A stretch of 64,000 bases of DNA from Planctomycetota bacterium (lineage in GTDB: Bacteria > Planctomycetota > J058 > J103), in assembly GCA_026004615.1 (NCBI GenBank), contig BPJM01000001.1, positions 763,482-827,481 on the forward strand, given 5' to 3'. A program made the translations under genes and the position numbers. Below the pieces are notes generated by a model. The model had not been told where the DNA came from. It searched no databases and worked only from the letters and a program-made list of their open reading frames with translations. Of this stretch, positions 54,975 through 64,000 are shown piece by piece (position 1 is the first letter of the stretch; every line of letters begins with the position of its first letter).

Positions 54975-56852
54975 TGCCTGGGTGATCCGCCGGTCGAAGG
55001 TGATCCCGGGCCCGAACACCAGCTCGAAGGTCTGGTCCAGCGGCACCGGCAGGAACCGCGCGCGCAGGATCAGCGCGTAGCGTCCGGCCGGCATGTCGAA
55101 CCGGCCGTCGCCGTCCACCGAGTTGAGCAGCAGCGAGCCGTTGGGTCCGCGCTCGAGCACCAGCGGCAGCTGCTGGGGGTTGCCGACCTGGTCGAAGCGG
55201 ATCAGCGCGGTCTCGTCCGGATCGAGGAACAGATCCTCGGCCGGCAGGCTCGCCCCGCCCGGGCGCACCGCGAGCGAGAACCGCCCCGAGGCCGGCACGA
55301 CGAAGAAGAACTCGTTCTCCAGGCCGTCGAAGACGAACTCGGTGGCGAGCTCGCTCTCCTGGTCGATGGGGACTCCTTCCGGACCGAGGTTGAGCACATC
55401 GCCGAGCGCGTTCGGCCGCACCGGCGCGTCGTCGCCCGCCTCGAACGGGTTGATGTTCACCGCGACGGTGAAGGTCCCGCCCGCGGTGGCGCTGCGGGCC
55501 GTCACCACCAGGAAGAAGACCCGGTTGGTGCGGCTGCCCCGCAGCTGGGCGTACAGGCTCGGTCCCGCCTCGCCGAAAAAGTCGTCCCGCACGCGGATCG
55601 TCCGGCCGGCCGGCGAGAGCAGCTCGACGATCGGATCGAACGAGCTGGACTGCACGGTGATGATCGCCTGGCTGATTGCGGGCTCCACCCCGGTGTCCGG
55701 GATCTCGAACGCCAGCAGCCGCTGGCCGCCCGCCTCGAGCGTGGTCGTGGTGGCGGGGCGCTGGGTCGTGATATCGAGCAGCAGCGGGTCGCCGGCGCGG
55801 ACCCGCGGCAGGTTGGCGCCGTTGTCGAAGATCACGTTGGTGGTGTACGCCATGGTGGGCGCCACCGCGACGCGCTGGTTGTTCGCCTGGGCGGCGGCGG
55901 TCTCGACCGGGGTCTCCAGCGGATCGGTGGCCTCGAACACCTTCAGCAGTTCCAGGCGCAGCTCGAAGCGGCCGGCGATGTCCGCGGTGAACGTCACGCT
56001 GCGGCTGAGCGGGCTCTCCACCGCCGCCGGCGGGACGGCGAACGTGCCCGTGCCGAGCACCACCGCGCTGCTGCCGCTGCCGCGCACGATCCGGTAGCGG
56101 GCGGTGAGCGTGGTGGTGACCGGCTGGTTGAGATTGCTCAGCACCACCGAGCCGACCACGGGCTGGCCGACCAGGACCGCGGTCGGGGCCTCGAAGCGGG
56201 TGATGACGAGGTCGAGATCCGCCGGCGGAGGCGGGGCGGCGGCGAACAGCTGCACGCGCCGCGCAGCCACCGCGGTGTTGTTCTTGTCGTCGAGCTCGCG
56301 CAGCGGCCGCAGGCCGTCGTTGACCCGCGCGATCAGCGTGTAGACCCCCTCGCTCAGCGTCGCGCCCTCCGCCACCGGCACCACCGGCCCGGCGTCGCCC
56401 CCCTCGCTCACCACGCGCTGCGCCGCTCCGATCTCCAGCTGGGGGGTGAACTCGAGCGTGCGGACGCGGAAGGCGGTGCTGTCGATCGAACGCGTGCGCG
56501 AGAGGTACCAGGAGATCTGGAACGGCTGCGCGGTGAAGTCATCCCCCTGGTTGATCACGTTGAGCCGGAGCCGGCCCTCATCGCCCAGGAAGACCACCCG
56601 CACATCCGAGGTCCCGGTGATCGTCTCCAGCATGGCGACGGCTGGGCCGTCGGCCGAGGAGGCGACGAGGTCCGGCTGCGTCAGGTCGGGGCCGCCGCCT
56701 CCGCCGCCGCCCGCGATCGCCAGCAGCAGCGCCGCCCACACCCCGGCCGCGCACCCGCTGCTCATCACGAGCAGGCCGCACAACACCGCCACCCCCAGCC
56801 AGCGGCCGGGGCCGCCGGTCGTGCTGCGCCTGTGCGCCCCGTTACGCGCCAT
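54960..56852 (-). CDS. C-terminal module / possible separate lipoprotein: CARDB-like and pre-peptidase-C-terminal-like beta-sandwich domains
   Basis: An in-frame ATG at 56852 is preceded by GGAGGAG. MARNGAHRRSTTGGPGRWLGVAVLCGLLVMSSGC is a signal peptide plus lipobox. CARDB-like blocks follow (LNVINQGDDFTAQPFQISWYLS...GVYTLIARVNDGLRPLRELDDKNN, then a second copy). No stop separates it from the upstream module, so it may be part of one 3000+ aa protein. Confidence 0.55.
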   Translation of the reverse strand: MARNGAHRRSTTGGPGRWLGVAVLCGLLVMSSGCAAGVWAALLLAIAGGGGGGGPDLTQPDLVASSADGPAVAMLETITGTSDVRVVFLGDEGRLRLNVINQGDDFTAQPFQISWYLSRTRSIDSTAFRVRTLEFTPQLEIGAAQRVVSEGGDAGPVVPVAEGATLSEGVYTLIARVNDGLRPLRELDDKNNTAVAARRVQLFAAAPPPPADLDLVITRFEAPTAVLVGQPVVGSVVLSNLNQPVTTTLTARYRIVRGSGSSAVVLGTGTFAVPPAAVESPLSRSVTFTADIAGRFELRLELLKVFEATDPLETPVETAAAQANNQRVAVAPTMAYTTNVIFDNGANLPRVRAGDPLLLDITTQRPATTTTLEAGGQRLLAFEIPDTGVEPAISQAIITVQSSSFDPIVELLSPAGRTIRVRDDFFGEAGPSLYAQLRGSRTNRVFFLVVTARSATAGGTFTVAVNINPFEAGDDAPVRPNALGDVLNLGPEGVPIDQESELATEFVFDGLENEFFFVVPASGRFSLAVRPGGASLPAEDLFLDPDETALIRFDQVGNPQQLPLVLERGPNGSLLLNSVDGDGRFDMPAGRYALILRARFLPVPLDQTFELVFGPGITFDRRITQAGVTP

Positions 56853-59800
56853 CTCCTCCACGCTCCCGCCACCGTGTTGCCTGCGGTCCCAGGCGGCCTT
56901 GCCGCTGCTCGCCGGGCTTGCTCCCGCAGCCCACGCGCGCACCGAGCGCAGCCCTCGCCGGTGTGCCCCCAGCCGCAGGGCGAGCAGCACCAGCGCGAGC
57001 AGCCCCAGCGGCAGCAGCCCGCCGAGCGGCTGCCCGCGCCCGCTCGCCGCACCCGCCACGAGCGAGCAGCCGCCGCTCGAGCCGCCGCCCTTGTTGCCGC
57101 TGGCGGCGCCGCCGCTGCCCGGGGTGTCGGTGACGAAGAACGCGGCGCTCGCCGGCAGGCTGCGCAGCACGAGCCCGTCGCTGGTGGTCACGAACAGCTC
57201 GAACTCGTACTCCCCGGCCGCCAGCGGCACGAGTCTCCGCTCGGAGCTGGTCTCCTCGCGGCCGGCGAACACGCTCGGCAGGCCCCGGGTCTGCACGAAG
57301 CGGAAGCGCAGCTGGCGCGGCGGGCTGTTGGGGTCGCTCGAGTTGCGGCCGCTCAGCCGCACCTCGGTGCCGACGGTGGTGTCGGCCACGGGCTCGATCA
57401 CCGCCACCGGCAGCCGGTCGGTCGCGCTCTCGGCGGCGAACGTCACCCGCGCCCGGTCCCAGTTGCGGGTCGCGGTGTCGATCACCGTGACCTCGTAGGT
57501 GTAGACCCCCGGCAGCTGCGGCACGACCGCGGTCGAATCGCCGTCCGGATCGGCCACAGCGGTGAGCGGTCCGCCCACCTGGCGCCAGAGGAACCGGAGC
57601 CCGGTGCTGCCGGAGCCGGTGCTGTCGGTCGAGCCGCTGGCGTCGAGGGTCACCGGGGTGCCGACGTTCACCGTCGCGGCGGCCAGCGGCGCGATGACCG
57701 CCCTGGGAGCGCGCGGGTTGGCCGAGCCGGTCGAGACCACCGGCAGGTGCAGCTCGAACGGCCGCCCGGCGACCTCGCCCCGGTTGCGCCCCGTCAGCCG
57801 GAAGCTGTAGGTGCCCGCCATGGGCGGCACGAAGCTAGCGGTATCGCCGCTCGGGTCGATCGTGACTGTCGGACCGCCCGTCTGCTCCCAGTCGTAGCCG
57901 GCCACGCGCGGCACGCCCTGGCTCTGCGAGCCGTCGAGCGTAAGCCGCCGCCAGCGCTCGCCCGATTCGAGCACGCTGTCGCCGTCGGTATCGAGCGCCC
58001 CCACCGTGGGCTCGAACCGCGCGAACGGCGGGATCTCGGGCGGGCTCGCCTGGTCGTCCACCACCACCACCTGCACCCGCGCCGGCGGCGAGGTGTGGGT
58101 GCCATCGCTCACCCGCAGCTCGAAGGTGAGCACGCCGGCGTTGCCCGGGGCGATGAAGCTCGGGCGCGCCGCGGTCGGATCGTCGAGCACCACCGGCTCG
58201 CCGGCGAGCTGGCTCCAGGCGAAGCTCAGAGCATCGCCGTCCTCGTCGGTGCTCAGCCGCCCATCCAGCGTCACCGTGGAGTTGACGCGCACGACCTGGT
58301 CCAGACCCGCATCGGCGGCCGGCACGTGGTCGGCTGGCGCCTGCACCACGATCGTCACCGAGGCGGTGTCGCTCTGGGCGCCGGCGGCCGAGCCGTCGCG
58401 CACCTCCAGGTCGATCCGGTACACGCCGGCGGGCACGCCGGCGGCGATCCCGACCGTGGGCGCCGGGGAGGTGGACGTCACCCCGCCGTCGAGGGTGATC
58501 CCGGCCGGCGTACCGGAAGGCCGCCGCCACTCGAAGCTCAGGCTCCCCTGCAGATGCAGGCCATTCGGATCGCTCGAGCGCGAGCCGTCGAGCACGAAGC
58601 TCGTGCCGGGCGCGAGCACGATCGGCCCCGGATCGACCTCGGCCACCGGCGGCAGATCGACGATCGTCAGCGTGAAGGTGCGCTGCAGCTTGTTGCCGGG
58701 CAGGACCGCCAGGCCGAGCGGGACCTCGGACAGCGTCACCTCGAGCCGGAAGGTGTAGTTGCCCGGAGTCAGCGCGATCAGGTCGAGTTGTGCGCTCGCC
58801 AGATCCGCTCCCAGCGCCGCCGTCGTGGCTCCTGTGACCTGCTGCTCCACCGGGCGGAGCATCTGCAGCGGGATGGCCGGCGTGGCGAGGTCCGTCGGAT
58901 AGCTGCTCGGGCCGGTGAACGCGCTCACCGCGATCGCACTGACCTTGGAGCGGTCGAGCAGACTCGGTGCGAAGTCCAGCCGCACGAAGCCCGGACGCAC
59001 GGCGTCGACGCGTCCGTCCCCGATCAACGGGTCGGTCTCGCGCACGCGCAGAAGCCCGTTGTTGCCGAGGCTATTGGCGACGTTCACCGCATTCGTGAAG
59101 AAGGCCGGCATGGCGTTGGCGCCTGCTGCGCTTGCGGAGGTGTCCTGCAGCAGATTGCGCGTGAAGTTGTCGGCAAACAGAAGTGTCGGGGTGCGCAGGT
59201 CCCCGGCCAGGCCGTTCAGCTCGATGAACAGCTTGTTGCCGTCGGCGAAGACCACGCCCGTGGAGCCCGCGAGCAGATCCTCGCCATCGGCCGACAGGAC
59301 CACCAGATCGGCGAGCTCGCCGACGCTACCGCCGTCGGTGCCCTCGATCTCGACGCGCTCGGGTCCGAAGCCCAGCGCCCCCGACGCATCGCCGGACTGT
59401 GGCAGGATGCGGACCCGGCGTCCCGCGCCGCGCGACGCAGTGCGGATGACGAAACGCCCCTGCTCGAAATCGGCCGTGCCGAGGCTGCCGAGCGCGAGTC
59501 GCAGCTGGATCAGCACCGTCTCCACGCTCGGCGCCCCCGGCATGGTCGCCGTCACCGTGGCGGGAGTCCCGCCATTGGACACCTCGATGGTGAGCTGCTT
59601 GTTCGCAGCCGCCGCGAGGTTGGGCGTGGTCCCCAGCGGCGCACTCACCGCCACCCCGTGCCCGGCGGCGAAGGCGATGTCCTCGGAGAAGGTCGCCTCG
59701 AGCAGATCGGGTGTGCCGTTGTTGTCCAGGTCGAGCACCCGCACCGACAGCAGCACCGGTGGTGCGCGATCGACGACGGGGGTGAAGCTCCCCGAGAAGC

Positions 59801-62800
59801 TGATCCCCGCGGGCAGGCCGGGGATGGGCGGCCCCTGCAGCGTGAAGGCCGAGGCAGGTCCGGTGGCCGGGATACCCGGCGTGAAGAGCACCTCGACGGT
59901 ATGGTCGCCCACGGCGCGGACGGCGCTGCCGGTGCGCTGGACGCTCGCCCCCTGGCGCACGAAGGTGAGGAGGAAGGAGGTCGGGTTGAGCGCCGCCACC
60001 CCGGCCGGATCGAGCGTGGCTCCCAGGCCCGGATCGAACTGGATCTGGACGCGGTCGATCTGACCGGTGCCGAGCGAGTCCTGCAGTTCCACGGCCGTGA
60101 CGACGAGCTGGCCCTCGGTGACCTCGAAGCCGGCGCTCGCAAACGCGGTCACGTTCGAGGGAGCGACGCCGACGCCGCGCAGCAGCCGGACCTCGGCGCG
60201 GCGGAGGTCCTGCGCAGTCGGGGTGGGCGGGGTCGGCTCGGAGCTGCGCACCGAGAAGACTGCGATCCCGTGATCGAACGCGAGCGCCCCGCTTGCGAGG
60301 GCGTTGAGGTCCGCGGCGGTATCCGCGGGGCCCGGGCCGCTCGGGTCGAACAACTCGCCTTCGAAGAACAGCGCATCCCGGCCCTGCGGGGGCGCGCTCG
60401 CCCCGCCCTGGGCGAAGTCGGGATGCAACCGCAGACTTTGCGCGGTCAGCGTGCTCTGGGGGGTATCGGTGAGCACGTCAAAGCTGCTGTCGGTGCCGCT
60501 CACTGCGGCCTGACCGGAGCGCAACAGATAGCGGCGGAACTCGCCCAGCCCCCCGAGTTCCTCGACGCGGCTGCGGCTGGTGGCCTGGCCGGCCGCGGCC
60601 TGCAGGCCCGCCTGGATCGCCGTGCGGATCTCGGCGATGGTGAGTTTGTCCTGCAGCTCCACGGTCAGCGGACTCTCTCCGTTGACCTGTACCTTCAAGG
60701 GATTGGAGCCCAGCAGCACCGTGGCGGCGTCCACGGCGGACAGCGCGATCCCGTAGCGCTGGCCCACCGGGTTGCTGCCGCCCGAGCCCTCGAAGGAGTT
60801 CGGGTCATCGAGCACGCGCAGGATCAGCGCATCGTCCTGTCCGAGGTCCTTTTCGTGCTCGAAGTTCCAGTTGCCGTGCCTGTCGACCGCGAGTGCGATC
60901 ACATCGAAGGGGGCGTCCTCGGGCTGCGTGCGCGGGCTACCGGCGAGGTAAGGGGTGGTCGTCATGGCTTGGGGGGCGCTCGCCGCCTTCTGGCCCGGCT
61001 GCAGGGTCTGGCCGGGCAACAGCAGCGCCACGGCAAAGGTCTTGCCGGGCGACACGTCGTAGGCGCTCGAGGACAGGCTGCTGAACGGGCTATTGGAGAC
61101 TTCGTTCCCGCTGGTGTCGATATGGACGGCCCTCAGCCGGTGGTCGAGCCGCGCCAGGAAGCTGCGTACGTCGAGCTCGGCGACCCCCGCAACCGGCCCG
61201 GCGCTGAACTGCGCGGGCTCGGCGATCTGCGACGGCCCTTCGGGCGAGCCGCTCACCAGATCGCTCGCGCGCACGGGATCCGGCTCGATCCCAGCAGGCC
61301 CGGCCGCCGGCCGCACCTGCACGCGCGGGTAGCTCGGCGCGGTGGTCCCGATCCCGGTCGCCACGTTGAAGAACTGGTCGGTGAGCGCCACCCGCACTGG
61401 GTAGTCGGTGCCCGCATCGTCGACCACGAAGCGCGGGGCGGCGCTGAGCGAGACCGCCGTCGCCAGGCTCCGATTCCGCACGCCCTGGAACAGCACCTCG
61501 CGCGCGGTGGCGGTGACGTCCTCGGGGTGGATGCTGCCCGGACCGAGCAGCGTCACCAGGTTCACCGCGGTGCCATGGGCCCAGGCGACGCTGTCCGCCT
61601 TCTTCAGCAGCCCCCGGCCGGAGGTATCCCCGCCCTCGCCGGACAGGCCGGCCTGGACGTCGGTGACCCTGAGCCGCACGCGCTGGTTCGCCGCCAGCGG
61701 TTCGTTGCGCGACGCCTTGGTGTTCTCCACCAGCAGGCTATAGCGGCCGCTGGCGTCGAAGGTGGCGTTGATCGTGGCGGTGCCGGAGGTGTCGTCCCGG
61801 ACGAAGGCGCCGGCGCCGCTCAAAAACAGGTTGGAGAAGTCGCCCGGGCGCGCCGCCAGCTCCTGGCTGAAGGCGGCATCGTCATTGAGCAGCTCGACGA
61901 GCATGCCGGTCGGCGGCTGGTAGTTGGGGATCGGCTCATCCTCGATGTTGCGCGCCTCGATGACGATCTGCACCGCCTCGCCCGCGATCCGGTCCTTGGC
62001 GCCCTGGACGCTGAGCGCGAAGTCGAAGAGCCCCTTGGGAGCCGGCGGGGCCGACAGCCGCGCCGGCACGGCGTTGGCGGCGGGGGCGTTGCCGGCCAGG
62101 TCGAGGAAGTTGGGGCTGGTGTCCTTGAAGCTCACGGCCGCGGTGCGGGTCGTAGGCTGCGCGCCCGCCGCGCCCTGGGTGATGGTCAGGCCGCTCGTGC
62201 CCGAGGAGGAAGGCGGATTGAACGTGCCGGGGGCGAGCGTCAGACCGACCGTGACGAAGTCCGCGGTCGTGGAGACCGTGCTGAACGCGACCGGCTCGCT
62301 GAAGGTCAGCGCCAGGGTGTCGTCGGTCAGCGCCGCGGTGAGCTGGTTGTCGTAGACGGCCTTGGTGATCACCGGGCCCGCCTTGTCGACCGTGGCCGTG
62401 GTGACGCTCGCCAGCGGCTGCTCGCTGTGGTCGATCACCCCGCCGGTCGTCGGCTTGGTGTAGATGACCGTCTTGGACTCGGTCCCCGGCACCTGCCCGG
62501 CATCCGCGAACTCGAGCCAGACGATCTGGTCGTTCGCCACGTCGGCGGTGCTCGTGACCTGCGCCACCGCTGCCGCCGAGGCGAGCTGGCTGGGCGAGAG
62601 CGTGCCGATCTTGAACTGCGCCAGGCTCGCGGCCACGCTCGCATCCACCACGGGCTCGTTGAACTCGACCCGCAGCAGATCGACGCTGCCGTCGGGCTGC
62701 CCGTAGGTGCCGTCGCTCGACTTCACGTCGTAGGACGTGATCCCGTTCATGGCGAGGAGGGGCGCGGTCTCGTCGTTCCAGCGCACGATCCCGCCGCTGA

Positions 62801-64000
62801 TCGAGCTACCCGGCTGCTCGCCGCTGCCCGGGTCGCTATCGAACGCATCGCCCCACAGGTTGCCGATGGTGGCGGCGTTGTCGGCGATCGAGCCGGTGAA
62901 CTGGGAGCTGAACTTGATCGTGCCCCCGCCCCCTGCCCCGGTCACCTTCACGTTCGTGCCGCTGCCGGGCACGTTGGTCGTGCCGTCGGTGAACACCACG
63001 TTCGCATAGGTGGGGTTGGTGCTGACCTGGCCGAACCGGAGGCCGATGCCCGTCGGTCCCCCCTGCACCCGGACCCGCCCGTTGGCGAAGCCGGCCAGGT
63101 TGGTGGTGTCCGGGAGCTGGATGCCGCTCGAGGGCGCCAGGATCGTGAACCCGCTGGTAGCGTCGAGCGAGCCGCTCGCCGTCACCTCGAAACTGCTCGT
63201 CGGGTCAGCCGTGAGCGTGGCGCCGCTGAGCATCATGGCGCCCGAGATCGTGGCGGTCGTGCCCGCGGCCAGGCTAAGCTCCGAGCCCGCCCCGGAGATC
63301 TGGACCGCGGTGCCAGTTGCGACCTCCAGGCTCGCGCCGCTCACCGTGAGCTTCTTGCCGTTGGCGGCGAAACTCCCCTGCAGAAGCTTGACGCTGCCCT
63401 GGGCCGTGGTGGCGCCGGCTAGGCTGAACGGCCCGGTGCCGTCCAGGGTCAGGTTGCCGTAGCTGGCCGCGGTGACGACCGTCGAGGCGCCGCCCTTGTA
63501 AACCACGGTGGAGCTGGCGTCGAAGCTCGTCGAAGCTGCACTGAGGGGAGTGCCGCTCTGTACCAAAAACAAAGTGGTGTTGGCTTGAAGCGCAAGCGAT
63601 CCCGTGAGGGACACCTTCCCCGCCGTGATCGCCGAATCCGTGGTGATGGTCGCCGTGTCCCCGGTGATCGCGTCGGTGATCGTCATGCTCCCGCCGCTCG
63701 CGACGGTGATCTCGCTCGCGCTCACCAGATCCAGCGTCTTGATCCCGGTGATCTGGCCGTCCAAGTTGACCAGCACGTCGGCGCCGTCCTGCAGCTGGAC
63801 CGTGGCGGTGCCGGCGCTGTCCTTGAGCACGGCGCTGCCGGCGGCCCCACTACCGTCGCCGACCTGGAGCTTGTCGTTCGTAGTCCCGGAGATGATCAGG
63901 TCCTCGCCCGCCAGATCGAGCGTGCCGTCGTCGATGAACACCGAGCTCGCAACGGTGAGCGGATCCACGAGCGAAAGCTTCCCCCCCGGCTTGACGACCC
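56853..64000 (-). CDS. giant surface protein (partial; 5' end beyond the right edge): beta-helix-like N-region, Ig/PKD-like repeats, Cys-containing sorting-signal-like TM segment
   Basis: This is the upstream part of ORF 54960..63968, and the frame remains open to 64000 (..VVKPGGKLSLVDPLTV..). It has Gly/Thr/Ser/Ala-rich beta-helix-like repeats (GGSMTITDAITGDTATITTDSAITAGKVSLTGSLAL). At least five PKD-like modules follow (SFEWRRPSGTPAGITL..., SFAWSQLAGEPVVLDDPTAARPSFIAPGNAGVLTFELRVSDG, YDWEQTGGPTVTIDPSGDTASFVPPMAGTYSF, FLWRQVGGPLTAV...PGVYTYEVTVID). It ends SSGGCSLVAGAASGRGQPLGGLLPLGLLALVLLALRLGAHRRG. Confidence 0.75.

Noticed and set aside
63561-63590. A local AT-rich patch (taccaaaaacaaagtggtgttggcttgaag) inside the giant ORF as a possible insertion scar or regulatory site
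   Set aside because: It is only about 30 nt and stays in frame, encoding LQANTTLFLVQ within the repeat-like beta-helix region. It has no flanking repeats.
1-64000. tRNA, rRNA, tmRNA or riboswitch genes
   Set aside because: I found no T-loop-like GGTTCGAATCC-type strings, no cloverleaf-like segments in the intergenic regions I read, and no rRNA-like conserved blocks. Scanning by eye cannot exclude small ncRNAs.

Overview
Very GC-rich (by eye about 70-75% GC) bacterial chromosomal segment. I can support about 40 protein-coding genes, four large intergenic repeat arrays, some internal tandem repeats and several sigma70-like promoters. I saw no rRNA, tRNA or true CRISPR array. Layout: 0-10.7 kb holds central metabolism and repair (rpe, pgk, gap, a PEP-utilising dikinase, a Leu/Val-type dehydrogenase, mutY). 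10.7-27.4 kb is a phospho-signalling neighbourhood (TPR-Hanks kinase, RluA-type synthase, PrkA, RdgC-like pair, FHA-GAF-histidine kinase, FHA-DUF4388, FHA-coiled-coil protein). 27.6-35.1 kb holds an acyltransferase, an epimerase, recD2, rho and a PAP2 protein. 36.9-52.7 kb holds ECF sigma/anti-sigma, cysteine desulfurase, a TatD-like hydrolase, a PTS-IIA(Ntr)-like protein, a ~977-aa hypothetical, SDR, MBL hydrolase, alpha-glucan phosphorylase and a Wzy_C-TPR protein. 53.7-64 kb holds a DUF559 nuclease and a >9-kb open frame for a giant beta-helix/PKD surface protein that runs off the right edge. The gene content suggests a Myxococcota-like lineage, but this is inference only. Most unusual: about 4.3 kb (about 7% of the window) is four arrays of one family of nested GC palindromes (35.2-36.9, 39.7-40.8, 52.9-53.6 and 54.0-54.8 kb). 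An intact DUF559 (Vsr-like) nuclease gene sits exactly in the loop position of one copy, with its stop codon inside the repeat arm. I read this as a possible undescribed nuclease-associated REP/MITE-like system. Second: the assembly carries many single-base frameshifts, with an extreme hot zone of about 17 indels in about 1 kb inside rho. This is more likely sequence error than biology and needs read-level checking. All family names come from motif recognition by eye; no searches were run.
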